Shown in pieces: positions 39,341 to 52,976 of a stretch of DNA of 64,000 nt. Position 1 is the stretch's first letter; every line of letters starts with the position of its first letter. Source of the stretch: Octopus sinensis (lineage: Eukaryota). The translations under genes and the position numbers were made by a program. Under the pieces are notes generated by a model, which saw only the letters and a list, made by a program, of their open reading frames with translations, did no database searches and was not told where the DNA came from. The stretch lies in assembly GCF_006345805.1 (NCBI RefSeq), contig NC_043003.1:72106001-72170000 (forward strand), written 5' to 3'.

Positions 39341-40164
39341 TATGCGCATTTATATGTATATATATATATATACATATATATACTTACAAATACATATAAA
39401 TGTAGATATACATGTATGTATAGATATATGTGTGCGTATATGTATATATACGCCGGCGTGTGTATATATTTCTGCGTGCGTCTTACTGTCTCACTACCCT
39501 GACATCGGACAAATGTTGTAAGCTAGTATCACTGTCATGCAAGATGTGCTTTTTGTTTTTAATCTCCCACGTAACCATGTTTGGTCATATTGGAATATTT
39601 ATCCTACTTTGTAAGAGCTAAGTGTTGGCGATGGGAAGGGCATCCGGCTGTACGAAATTTTTTTTCTTTTCCTCCATTTGAACACGCAAAGTGGATGTTT
39701 CATATATGTGTTTATTTATTTTACGTAGATTATAATATTTTCAATAGGGACAAGTACAATTGTAAATATCCGAATACTTCAATTCTATGTGTATACACAT
39801 ATTTACTCACTTGCTGACGCTTAATAACGGTTTCCCTATGAATAACAGAATCGTCGGCATTTAAAAGCGAAGATATTGCATTGCGTTTAAGCAACGTTCC
39901 AAAGTAATACAATTAAGTAATACTTTCAAATTATGTCTTTTTTAAATGTGTGTTTATGTAGGTGATTTTTTTATACCCCTGTGCATACGCTTACATATAT
40001 AAATATATACACATGTACACATTCACAGATATATACACAGAATTCTAAATTCATCTATACTTATTCATGTATGAATATATACACATACGCAAACATAGAC
40101 GAGAACCGAACATATTAAAGTATATATATATATATACTTTAATATTAAAGTATATATATATATA

Positions 40165-40547
40165 GGCGCAGGAGTGGTTGTGTGGTAAATAGCTTGCTAA
40201 CCAGCCACATGGTTCCGGGTTCAGTCCCGCTGCGTGGCATCTTGGGGGCCGACCAATGCCTTGTGAGTGGATTTGGTAGACGGAAACTGAAAGAAGCCTG
40301 TCGTATATATGTATATAAATATGTATGTATGTGTGTGTTTGTGTGTCTGTGTTTGTCCCCCTAGCATTGCTTGACAACCGATGCTGGTGTGTTTATGGCC
40401 CCGTTACTTAGCGGTTCGGCAAAAGAGACCGATAGAATAAGTACTTGGCTTACAAAAGAATAAGTCCCGGGATCGATTTGCTCGATTAAAGGCGGTGCTC
40501 CAGCATGGCCGCAGTCAAATGACTGAAACAAGTAAAAGAGTAAAAGA

Positions 40548-40549
<2 letters not shown>
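40165..40549 (+). mobile_element. SINE family A, young copy
   Basis: Full-length homology with a small internal deletion. Confidence 0.9.
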
Positions 40550-40593
<44 letters not shown>

Positions 40594-40600
40594 CATCAAA

Positions 40601-40800
40601 AGGCGGAGAGTTGGCAGAATCGTTCGTAGCGGCATTACGTCCGTCTTTAAGTTCTGAGTTCAAATTCTGTCAAGGTCGACTTGCCTTTCATCCTTTCGGG
40701 ATCGATAAAATAAGCACCAGTTGAGCACTGACTGGGGTGGATGTAATATATTTACCCTCTTCCCCCAAAACTGCTGGCGTTGTGCCAAAATTTGAAATCA
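40601..40800 (+). mobile_element. SINE family C
   Basis: Family C head and core. Confidence 0.75.
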
Positions 40801-43800
40801 ATATATAAATATAACATCAACTGTATAACATCCTCTTACTTTTAAGAACCATGTCACATATGTGTAAGTGACATGGTCTTTTAAATAAATGCCAAGTCGC
40901 TTATATTTCAGAAGGATTGAGTGAGAACGGCTATGAGCATTCTAACCAACAACACTTTTGTGAACAATACGACATCGAGCGACAATACTACTACAGCTAA
41001 TAAAGACCACCATTACACTGTCACGACTTACACTCCTATCACCACCACGACCAACACTGCCACTGCTATTTCAATAGACACTTCTTCACCACTCCACTCT
41101 ATCATTACACTATTAGCAGCCCTGTAGCTACCGCCATCGTCTCCGCCGCAGCCACCACATCTACTGAGTGTATGAGTTTGTGTGTGAGCTCACAAGTGTG
41201 TATATGTAGGTATCTGTGTATACCTTGTATACGTGTACCATAATGTGTTAATAATTTGTTAGCAACTCGGACCAGCTATAAACAGTCATTTTATGAGTCT
41301 GCACTAAAGAGCAGCAGTTTAGCTCCAGCTCAACTACGGTCATGCAATTATTTAATCCTGGCTAGGATTTACTCAAACTACGTGATTTAATGAGGCATTC
41401 CTTTGCTTAGATTGTATATGTGTGTAAAAGAATGTACGCATGCATGTTCATTGCAACGTTGTGTAAACCAAAAAGAAAACAACGAGGAAAATGCTGAGTG
41501 CCCTGAGAAAATGGCATGATTAAAAATCCGCATATCGAAAACCACTGTAAAGCAAATGGTATGTTAACACTAGAAGAAAATAGGACTCTATGAAAACGTG
41601 TATACACATGGATCAAACGCAGGATGGATGTAGGACTACAGATTATGAAAGAAGCGTCATGCAAAAGGTAAATTGAAGGAACTTAAACACTGCTAAATTG
41701 ACACACATGTTAGCAAGTGGTCAACATAATTTCGCGGGACGAAAAATACGGTCAACAGAACGAAATGCAAAACACAGTTCTCTTTACGTCTATGCAAGTG
41801 AAAATGTTTATATGAATATATGCGAAAATGAGTGTACAAAAGGAGGCAGAAAGGACATGTTAATATTCGTGTTGCGTACAAAAAAGAGTTTTTGTCCATG
41901 ATAAATTAAAATGGCGGTGTGTGCAAACAAATCAAAAAGTTAGAAGCCCCGCCTCCAAAAAACAATTGTCTTGCAATTTAAACAAATGCAAGAAAAAGAT
42001 AACCTGTCCAGTTTGTTGAAGAGAAACTGGTGTTGAAATTGAGAAATCAAAAGAACGTGCGAAAAAATTTATGGAGAACCTATGGAAATTCAGATTCACA
42101 AGTATCCGAGTGGGATCCAAGCGTAGAAAGATGAGTCTATATTTGAACAGGAGATGCAGATAATGTGTCTGCTTTTTAGTTGTTTTCTGTGTAGGGCGTC
42201 CATATTTTCGGTATATTTGCAAAATAAAGATTTGCAATGATCTTTATAAAGTTGCATTTTGATTTCGTGTTTTTTTTTTCTCCTTTATTTCACTTGCTTA
42301 GCGACGTCCGACGAAAGATCTCTATATCCAAAATGTCAGACTGTTATTTTTTGGATGCTGCATGTCATAAAGCCCTGGAGCTTTGAATTACCGTGATGTC
42401 AGGTGGCAGCATAGTTGTTCTTGGAGCCGAGGCGCCGGTTTAAAAGTATTGTAAGCTGTCGGTTTTATATTTAAGTAACGTTGCCTCAAACATGAACACT
42501 GAAATTACAAATCACCGTTCAACAATTCCGTAGACATCTCACTACAAGCATACACACAATGCAAGAATACACACATACACACAAACTATAGATTCATACA
42601 CACAAATGTACGCACATCATACATGAACACTCTAAAAGCGTATACTGAAAATACACATTCATAATACACAAGAGAAGAAACCATTACACAAATATATTTA
42701 CAGCGAATAACTTCACACATACATCAAACCACTCGAACCATACACACGCATACATAAACACACAAAATCGATAAATGTACACGCGAGTGATTGACAAATC
42801 TTCAAGAGTAAACAATACTGTAATATCTTGAATGGCAATATCTTCAATTCCAAAAAATGCATACTCACGTTGAATCATTGTAGTATCAGTGTTTATTAAA
42901 ATCTGCTTCATTTTCAAAACGGAATAGAATGTATAGACAGAATTTAATTTTTTATGAATACCTGTTTTCAAACTGATCACCATTCTGGTTCAGACACGAC
43001 TGTTAATGCGAAACGACGAAATCGCAAAAAGCAAGAATCTTTTCGTTCAGTAATTGTGCTCATTCTTGTTAATTAGCCGCCTTCAATTATTCGACTGTTT
43101 CCGCTTTTGTGCAGTAAAACTTTTACGTATTCCTATAAAATGTCTACTGATGTGAGGTTCAGTGAACGTGATGACTATTCTACAGAATGTCTTCGTCCAG
43201 TCTGCCTACTTGACAAAATTTCTTTAAGGTAGGCCCTTGCATTACTTTTTAAGTGTGCGGGTACCCTGTCTTGCTGGAAATAAATCTTCAAAATCTTTTT
43301 GAATGCTTGACATTGAAAACTGTCGCAGTCAGTTCAAGTAAACGGGACCAATCAAAGTTCTGTGTAAAGAGAATGATCCATACTGCAACTCTTAGTAAAT
43401 TAACAAGATGTCCCTCCGTAATATGCGGATTCTTAGGTCCTCAGTATCAGGGCCGTCTAATTTAAATTTGTCCTCTTCATACCAGACTATCTTTGTTGGA
43501 AAGTGTACATTTTCTACACATCTTGCCAAGTATCATTCGCAAAACTTCGAAACTGTTTTCAAACTCCTGCGTTTTCAAATTACCAATTATCATTAAATAT
43601 TGTTAATTATTAAAATGAAATGCATCTTGTAGTGTGTGTGTGTGGTATGTGTATACATACATATTTGTGCCTACGTATATGCATGCATACGTATATGTGC
43701 TTATACATGCTTGCACACACATACACATATATGTATACATGCATATACATATGCTTGTATACATGTGTGTGGTGTGTTTGTGTGTAGCGAGGGGTTTGTG

Positions 43801-44114
43801 CAGTGTAGTATGTTATTGTCTATATGTATGTCTATACATACATACATAAATACATACATACATACATGCATACATACGAGCACGTATGTATACGTATAGG
43901 CAGAAAAATGTAATATCGCATAGGAACAGAGTGCATATGATTCTTTGAAATGTACAATAATGTATACCAATATGACATAAGCAATTAGCCATCACTTTGA
44001 TGTGAAGTTTGGTGCAATTGGACAAATGTAAACAAATGTCTTCATATTTCTAGATGGAGAAGAAATAGGGGTTGTATTTGGCCGACATAGCTGGGAAAAT
44101 AAAATACATTTTTT

Positions 44115-44146
44115 ATTTGGTAGACGGAAACTCAAAGAAACCCGTC

Positions 44147-44184
<38 letters not shown>

Positions 44185-44385
44185 TATATATATAATATAT
44201 ATATAATATACATATATTATACATATATATATCGTGACAACCGATGCCGGTGCGTTTGCATCCCTGTAACTTAGCGGTTCTGCAAAAGAGACCGATAGAA
44301 TAAGTACTAGGTTTACAAAGAATAAGCCCTGGGGTCAATTTACTCGACTAAAGGCGGCGCTCCAGCATGGCCGCAGTCAAAACAA
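44115..44385 (+). mobile_element. SINE family A, 5'-truncated
   Basis: ATTTGGTAGACGGAAACT..GCGCTCCAGCATGGCCGCAGTC. Confidence 0.8.
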
Positions 44386-44849
44386 TGTAAAAAAAAAATG
44401 GAAAGCAGGACAAGTTAACACAGAGAAAGGATCCTTCGTCAGTTGTCGGCTGTCTCCCTACTCCTTATTTGGAGCATTCAACGAATATATGAGTCTTGAA
44501 AGACAGTTGCTCCCAAAGATTCTTAAATAAGATTTATGGAGGATCAAAGTTGGGAACAAAAAATGACAGTGGAGACAAACAAGGAAACCGAACAAAAACA
44601 AAGATGGAGCGTCGGTAGACCAGAACGAGAGGAAAATAGAGAACGCTGGGAGAAACTATTTTTTTTTTTTGAAAAGAGAAAAGATAGAAGAGAGAAAAAA
44701 AAACCTTCGTGCAAGAAAAGAAAGGTGGCTACATGCGTGTAAACTAATTAGATATATTAAATATAAGAGTTTGCGTATGAAATCCAAAATATATGTACAT
44801 ATGAATACATGCAAACGTGGAGACTTTCAGATTATGAATAATATTTAAG

Positions 44850-44916
<67 letters not shown>

Positions 44917-44961
44917 TCAATAAATGGTGGGGTTGTGTTGACCGCACGTGGAGAAATGATA

Positions 44962-45428
44962 AGTAAGGAAAATTTTTTTAAAAATGCAGAATGCTCAAAT
45001 GAAAGAAAATTTTAATAAAATGAGAAATTGATAAAATATATAATATATATTTATTCAACCGGTTTTCGTCATTGTTGACTTGTCAAGAATATTTATGTTT
45101 TAAAAAGTTTTTTTAAAAATTAGAAAGGGGGAAAAAAAGAAAATTGCATTGTTTTTTGTAAAAGAATAATGATAAAAATGTACAAAAAAAAAAATTAAAA
45201 AATAAGTTCTCCGATACATTGTGAGTTCGTTGTGTATCTTGAGTTTTATGGTTGTTTACGAAAAAATTACCTTGAGGTGTTAAGATCCAAAGGGATTAAG
45301 AGCATGTGTTGTGTTGTTAAATTCAGCATGTGTGCAGGACAGGAAGTAGTAGTAATTGTGGTCCTGGTTCTTCAGTTCCTGTGTTGTGAGTAAGGGGAGA
45401 CAACTCTTTTGAGTTCTTCAATAAAACC
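44962..45428 (-). repeat. Penelope pseudo-LTR (3' copy), inverted repeat of 48010-48458
   Basis: About 450 bp of near-identical reverse complement, differing mostly in homopolymer length. Confidence 0.9.
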
Positions 45429-45729
45429 CAAATTATAAAATTATCATTTTAGCTTCATTTGCGTTATCTTTTTTATATAATTGCTTGTTAACTTAACTTT
45501 CAGATTTTAACACTTTATTTATAAATAATATAAATCTGCATAGACAATTGCATTTCAAATTGTCATATCATTTATAATAAAAATGATAGTAATAACAACA
45601 ATAGTAAAAATGATATTTAAAGAATATAAGTTTTAGCTTGATGTGATGAATGCATGGTATCTTTATATATTTGTGTTAGTCCATCCATGAAGAGTGAGGT
45701 AGAGAAAGGAAGTTTGATCAACGAGGTGT

Positions 45730-48005
45730 TTGCATATTAAGTTGTGTTTGGAATTTTTCAATAAAGAGATTCTCCTTGTTATTCTCTCCTGTGTGGTGAT
45801 CCCGTCTTTACATTGGTAGAAGGGGAATATATAGAATTTGGGGTTAAGTCTTTAGCACATGAGTCTAAGTGGTCACTCAGTGGAATTTGTCGGTATTCCG
45901 GGAGATTTATTGTTCTTTATGCACCGTTACTCGTTTACGTAACGGGAGACTCGTTTGTCCAACATAATTATGTTGGCAACCAGCGCATGTGAGAACGTAG
46001 ATAAGGTTCTCGGAGGAACAGGAGAAGTTAGTCTTGATTTTAAACTTCGTACCTTGTTTGAAGGTAAATTCAGAGCCTTCAAGTAGAAAGGGGCAGGTAC
46101 CACAGTTTGAGCGTGCACATTTTTTACTGTTGGGGGTGGATGTGGTGTGTGAAGTTTGGCATTTGTCAAGAGTTTTTTAAAGATTTGTGTTGCCTTTGCA
46201 TTTGAGGATTTTGTGTGTATTTATAATGTTTTTCATTTTTGGGTCTGTTGACAGTAGACTGAGGTTTTGTATGATTGTGGTGTATGCTTCGATATTTTTG
46301 GGGTTGTGGGTGGAAATGTATGGAGTATTTTGAGGTTGTGGTGTGTTAGGTTGGGTGGTTTTCAGTGTAGTGTTGTCTAGTTCTTTGGCGCGTTTTATTC
46401 CATACTCTATAAGGGTGGAGGGATATTGACGTTGTAATAGGTTTTTTTGAGGTCTTGAAGGCGTATTTCTCGTGTTTTTGGATCCGAGACAATGGTGCAT
46501 ACCCTTTTAGCTAAATTGAAAGGGATATTTGTCTTGGGTGTTTTGGGTGGATATAACTAAAGAGGAGGTATTGTTGTGAGTCTGTAGGTTTGTGGTAGAT
46601 GTCTGTTATGATTTGGTTCTTAGGTGTTTTTATATTAGGAGATCAAGGAATGGGAGATGATGTTTGCTTAATTCCATAGTGAATTGGATGTTGGGATGTA
46701 TGTTGTTTAGTATGGTTTTGAATTCAGGAGTTTTTTTAAGGTTCTTTCCATATGATGAAACAATCATCTAAATACCTTTCCAGTTTTCCATTAGGTAGGT
46801 GTGAAAAACATGTCCAAATTTCTGGCTTGATATTTCATAGAGTGACAGTTCGAAAGTAACCCATTATGAGGTTCGCAAGGACTGGTGCAGCCTTGGTACC
46901 ATCGCAATGCCACATTTTTGACGGTAGTGTGTGTCGTCGAAGAGAAAAAAATTGTTTGTCATAAATGAACTTGAGAGATTCTGTAATAAAAGACTTGTTA
47001 ATGCGGTCAGGGAATGTCTCTGGGTGTTTTTCTAGCCAGAAGTCAATTGCCTCTATACCATACTCATGTGGAATGTTGTGTAGAGGTTGATGACATCAAA
47101 GGATACCAGGAGTGCCTCCTCGTTAACTGTTTTCGGGAGTGTTTGAGCATGTCCAGATCATCCTAATGAAACTTTTGATGTGGGTAAGGAAAGGTTTCAA
47201 AAGGATGTCTAGGAAGTTACTCAGGCGGTGTGTTTCACAGGAGGTACCAGCCACGATGGGCCTTAGTTTTAGGTCCTCCGGTGCTTTGATGTTGATGTGG
47301 ATGTCAGGAGAGTTTGCAGGCTTCGGTGATGTATTTGTTTTTATGGATTTTAGGAAGGCCATATAAAAAAGGCTGGGCTTGCATTGAAAATGGTGATATA
47401 ATCCCTTTCTTTTTCTGTGAGTCCCTGACCGTGTTGGCGTATGAGTGTGGTGAGGTTTCTGATTGTTTTTTGCTGTTTGTAGTTGTTAATAACCTCATAG
47501 AAAATGTTATTGTTAAGCATGGAGAACACTAGGTGTTTATAAAATTCCGTGTCCATAAGGACCACGGCACTCCCTTTGTCCGCTTCTTTGATGGTGAGGT
47601 TTTTATCCAGTTGTATGTCACGTAGGTTTTCCCATTCTTCCTTACTGAAATTGGATTTTACCTTGGTTTTGCTTGGGGTAAAGGGGAGGACTCTGGATGG
47701 TTTGCAGAAATCGTCCAGTGTTTTATTTCTCCCTTTTGGTGGTAGGAAGTTGCTTTATTCTGATCAATGAATCGTCCCCATTGTTGATATCTGTCAAAGC
47801 TTCTGTTAGGCGAAGTTTTCTGCAGAATTCAGAAACGTCATCCTTGTTGGGTGTTCTTGGGGTGGGTGTGAATTTCAAACCTCTTGCTAGGATGTTGATT
47901 TGGGTTGGTGTCAGTGTTTTGCTGGAGAGGTTTATAATTTTTGTTTTCTTATTTTCGGTCTGTGTTAGCGGTGGTGTTTGTATTTTTCCCCTTTGTCTAA
48001 AAAAT
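45730..48005 (-). mobile_element. Penelope-like element (RT plus Cys-linker plus GIY-YIG; Neptune-like), frameshifted
   Basis: IINLSSKTL..GLKFTPTP, KEADKG.AVV, YGLPKIHK, LRPIV, LVSFDV, GTKAAP, WKRYLDD, LPFLDL, CARSNCGTC and LIYVLTCAGCQHNYVGQT motifs. Confidence 0.92.
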
Positions 48006-48009
48006 GGTT

Positions 48010-48457
48010 GTTTATTGAAGAACTCAAAAGAGTTGTCTCCCCTTACTCACAACACAGGAACTGAAGAACCAGGACCACAATTACTACTACTTCCTGTCCT
48101 GCAAACATGCTGAATTTAACAACACAACACATGCTCTTAATCCCTTTGGATCTTAACACCTCAAGGTAATTTTTTCGTAAACAACCATAAAACTCAAGAT
48201 ACACAACGAACTCACAATGTATCGGAGAACTTATTTTTTAATTTTGTACATTTTTATCATTATTCTTTTACAAAAAAAAATGCAATTTTCTTTTTTTCCC
48301 TTTCTAATTTTTAAAAAAACTTTTTAAAAATAAATATTCTTGACAAGTCATACAATGACGAAAACCGGTTGAATAAATATATATATAATTTTATCAATTT
48401 CTCATTTTATTAAAATTTTCTTTCATTTGCATTCGCATTTTTAAAAAATTTTCCTAC

Positions 48458-48458
<1 letters not shown>
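48010..48458 (+). repeat. Inverted pseudo-LTR at the 5' junction of the Penelope element
   Basis: Reverse complement of 44962-45428. Confidence 0.9.
48336..48375 (+). ncRNA. Variant hammerhead-like motif in pseudo-LTR (mirror copy at 45052-45091, minus)
   Basis: TATTC-TTGACAA-GTCA-tacaa-TGAC-GAAA(A)-CCGG-TT-GAATA; stem I TATTC/GAATA and stem II GTCA/TGAC; core deviates from CUGANGA. Confidence 0.45.
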
Positions 48459-48488
<30 letters not shown>

Positions 48489-48630
48489 TATATATATATA
48501 TATATAATATATATATAGATAATATATATATATATATATATAGATATATATATTTATATCAATAGATCCTCAATCTACGCAGTGAACAAACGACAGAGAA
48601 AATTTAGGGGAAGAGAAAGGCTTTATAAGT

Positions 48631-48751
48631 CCGACAGCTGTTTCGGGGGGCTCGGTGATCCATCATTATGTTGTTAGATATAGTTCATCACAATATACGG
48701 CCGTAATAGAAGCAATCAATATTGGATAAGTCAGGCCTCCGTCATCAGGGT
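48631..48751 (-). ncRNA. Hammerhead-like motif with intact core and loop 2 of about 90 nt
   Basis: CC-CTGATGA-c-GGAGG...CCCCC-GAAA-CAGCTG-TC-GG; palindromic stem III ACAGCTGT and canonical GUC triplet. Confidence 0.5.
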
Positions 48752-49382
48752 GGAAAACATCTTACATTTCGGGTATGCAGATAGCAGATAGCATCTGCGA
48801 GGGCTAACTTCATTTTAACGGCAACGTGTCTACCAACAGATTTTCCTCAAGCTCCATCAGCTCATAGATTCCTCTTGAGCAATATCTGTGACTTATAACT
48901 TGGTATGGGAAGACATGTATGCGTGAGCAACTTCTGGACTTCGATAAAAATTCTGCCCTCGCCTACGGTTTAGACGGGAACTCTCTGGGTGTATAATGTA
49001 GGAGTATCGTCCTTGTCTTATGAAACATATCAATGCCTTAAGAGTCTTATAGGCCTCCGGGCAAATTAATGCATTGGGTCCAGCGTACAGAGATAGCAAT
49101 TGGGCCCTAGACCTGTGCATAGTGTCCTCCTGCTTTAAGACAGCACTGGGCCTACCCGGATGTTCTATACACGGATGTCCATTTCTCTCTCACTCTCTCT
49201 CTCTCTCCGAGTATAAACGATTTTCTACTATCGCTTTCAATCATAATACGCACATAAATACAGCCACACCCACGCATATACGTACATGCATATTATATAT
49301 ATATATATATATACACACACCCACATATTCACACATATATATAATATTTATACATGTGTGTATACAACCACACACACACACG

Positions 49383-49466
<84 letters not shown>

Positions 49467-49715
49467 TATAATATATATATATGTTATATATGTGCTCGCG
49501 TGGTGCGTAGTGTATATATGAATACAAGTATGTTTATATACGTTATATATAATATAAGTTCAGCAAAAATTTAGATTCGAATGAATATGGTACTTAATTT
49601 AGATGCACCAGAATTTTGTATGGTGTTATCCATAAGAATTTGTGGGGTGATTATAATCAAAATAAGCAACAAGAATGACTCCGGTAATTTGGAGTCATTC
49701 TTGTTGCTATTTTGA

Positions 49716-49766
<51 letters not shown>

Positions 49767-49773
49767 CATGCAA

Positions 49774-49859
<86 letters not shown>

Positions 49860-50789
49860 ATCTATCTATCTATCTATATCTATCTATCTATATCTATCTA
49901 TCTATCTTTCTATCTATCTATCTTTCTATCTATCTATCTATCCATATATATATATATATAGTATACATGTGTGTATATATACATGTGTGTTTTTGACAGT
50001 GTATGTATGTATGTATGTATGTATGTATGTATGTATGTATGTATGTATGTATATTTATATGAATCCTCTTGCATGTATCAAGACAGCTGCTGGCCTATAA
50101 AAATCGCAGTCATGTTACTTATTATTATAGCTTGTTGTTGTTGTTGTTGTCATTGTTGTAGCAGGGCATAGTTTTGTGGTGACTAAGCTCTTAGACACAC
50201 TTCCCTTCATCACGTTTTTTCATGACCCATCCCCTCTCTCACCGTTCACCTCCTTCACTTCCCTTAAGTCTTCTCACGATCTCGTATTTTCCCGCCATAT
50301 ACTTATTTCTAGTCCCACTCCAACCTTCCCCGTTTGTCCGTCACTCTAAATCTCTCTATTATACTAACCTTCTCTCTAACTCATCTCTATTCTTTAATCC
50401 TTCGCTTACTTCACTTTGCTTATGTTCCACCACCTCTCTCTTTCGCTCTTTAATCTAATAAGTGACATATTTTACCCTCTCTTTCTCTTTCTCCTTCCCT
50501 CTTTGTCTCATTATGTCTATCTTCCAATTGTCAAGTTCCTTAATCCCCTCTCTATATTAACCCCACCTCTCTCTCTAATCCTTCATTTGTTCTCAACCTC
50601 GATTTAAAGTATATATAGTTACTTCGCTCCCCGCTTCCTCTCCGTCGTCGTCGTCGTCATCGTCATCACAATAAACGTCATCATCATTTTCATCACCACC
50701 ATACCCATTATCATTTTCATCACCACCATACCCATTATCACAATAAACGTCATCATCATTTTCATCACCACCATACCCATTATTTCACA

Positions 50790-51470
50790 CATATTGTTTC
50801 TTGCTCAACGCAACATTGTAGATTTCATCAATTTTATTAATGTCAAGGACATTAAATTTATTAATATCAAGGTCATCAATTACGCTGATTTCAAGGTCGG
50901 TAACTTTGCCTATATCAAAATCATCAACTTCAGTGATCTGAAAGTCACTCACTTTAACAATTTCATGATCATCAATTTAACCAATGCAAAAACCACTTAG
51001 TCAATATTCAGATCGTCGACCATGTGTTGTGGAGGTCGTTCTATCATTGTGTGATGGTAACTAACTGTGTCAGTGTCAAGATCATCAACTTCATTGATAT
51101 TAAGGTGTCTGAGTCAATGTCAAGGTTATCGAATATCCTGATGTGATAGTATATAACTGTGTTAGCATCGTCGACAACACTGATGTGAAGGTTGCTAACT
51201 GTATCAATGTCAAGGTCATCAACTATCTTGATGTCGAGTTCTCTGTGCCAAGTTCATCATCTACACTGATGTAGAGAGCCCTGTCAAGGTCATCATGTAC
51301 AATGACGTGAAGATCGCTAACTGTACAATGTGAAAGTCACTAACAGAGTCGATGTCGAGTTTGTCGACTACATTAATGTAAAGGTCTCTGTGTCAAAGTC
51401 AAGATCATCGTCTACGCTGATGTGGAGGTCGGTAACTGTGTCAGTGTGAAGATTGTTGATCAACACTTGG
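50790..51470. repeat. Degenerate 24-bp (48-bp dimer) tandem array
   Basis: Consensus near AAGGTCATCAACTACACTGATGTG AAGGTCGCTAACTGTATCAATGTC, translating KVINYTDV-KVANCINV. Confidence 0.75.
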
Positions 51471-51774
51471 AATGAGCAACGAGTGACTGTACAGGCGTGC
51501 TCGATCTGCTACAAATAACCACATTTCTCTCCAGCCACCCTGTATAGTTTTAAATAAAGGAAGGACATTAAGTAAAGTAGTCTTAGATTTACTTAACAAA
51601 ACCAAATGGTCACAGCCGAAGTATAAGTTCCAATCAAGACCAAAGCCAGTACACTAATTTAACTGAACTTACCTTCCACTATATGTAACCATTGTAAGCA
51701 TTTTCCTCCATTACTTATCAACATGTGGTAGACTGGATTTTGCGAATGACTTTGGATGATAGTCCCAACATATA

Positions 51775-51991
51775 TGAGGGAATGCTGAAAAGTTCTTGGC
51801 TTTGGGTAAAAGAAAACACAGGAGGATCAGTTAATTATGATTTTATCCAACGTATTCACCTCCCAGATTCACACATTTATTGCAGCGGTCCTTCAGTTTT
51901 TCTAAGCCTTGTAAAAGGACTCCGAAGTTTGGATTTTCAATCAGGTCTTTCGCGATATCCTTAAAGCCAGGAACTTTTCAGCAACCCCTCG
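51775..51991. mobile_element. Mariner-type MITE, 217 bp
   Basis: TIRs of about 29 bp ((T/C)GAGGG..TGCTGAAAAGTTC(T/C)TGGCTTT) and TA duplication at 51773-51774 and 51992-51993. Confidence 0.85.
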
Positions 51992-52976
51992 TACACTAGG
52001 TGAACTGAACCATTTTTCTTTGGATGTAGTCTTAATATCTAGAAGCCAATATGTTCATAAATATAGCATTCATTAATGTGTCTCTGTGTCAAAGTCAAGA
52101 TCATCGTCTACTCTGATGTGAAGGTCGTTAACTGTGTCAGTGTGAAGATTGTTGATCAACACTTGGAATGAGCAACGAGTGACTGTACAGGCGTGCTCGA
52201 TCTGCTACAATGTTTGCAACAGAGCAAGTTCTATTATAGGTACCAAAAAGCCAGGTAAGGAAGGAATGTCAAACGAAGTGCTGGTGCTAACGCACCACAT
52301 GTTTTAATATCATCACTTGGTCTTTGGTGGCAGGGCTAACACACCATCTGCTTTTGGATGGTAGGGCTAACACGTCACCTCCTCGTCCTTGGTTGGTAGG
52401 GTTAATACACAGTCTGGTTTATCACTACCAATTAATCCCGACCTAGTAATCCTAACACACTGGTCATTTGTTGACTATAGATGAGTTTCATTGATACAAA
52501 ACAACCGTACCATATCTCCCAAAATTGTTCACTTGAAGATATGATTGAATATAATCCATGGTGAGGGAAAATGGATGTTGAACTGCTAACATCCATTTTT
52601 CCACGCCATGGATTACTATCAAACTATTCTCTCTGTTTTGATTCTACCCTTAAACATATCCGATTTTCTTCATTTGATCATGGATTGAATACTTATTTTA
52701 AGTGGATTTCTCCTCCCTTTCTAGACAAAATGGACCACAATAATTTTCATAGATGAGGAATATCCTTCCACTGTTACATATGTTTAACCTATCTCTCTCC
52801 GATAACAGAATACTCGGTCTCTGGAATCCTCGCACGACGTGATGTTCCAATAGCTAAGATATTCTGGATACAGCTGTTTGAAACTATGTAGGCTTTCTTA
52901 TTATATAGCTAAAAATTAAATGTCCTTGCCAAGTCTTGCCAAAACGTTGACTTTTGCGTTTCTGCTTTAATCTACA

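Noticed and set aside
41950-42170. Cys-containing stretch CNLNKCKKKITCPVC
   Set aside because: Spacing does not fit a defined finger, there is an adjacent stop and no supporting domain.
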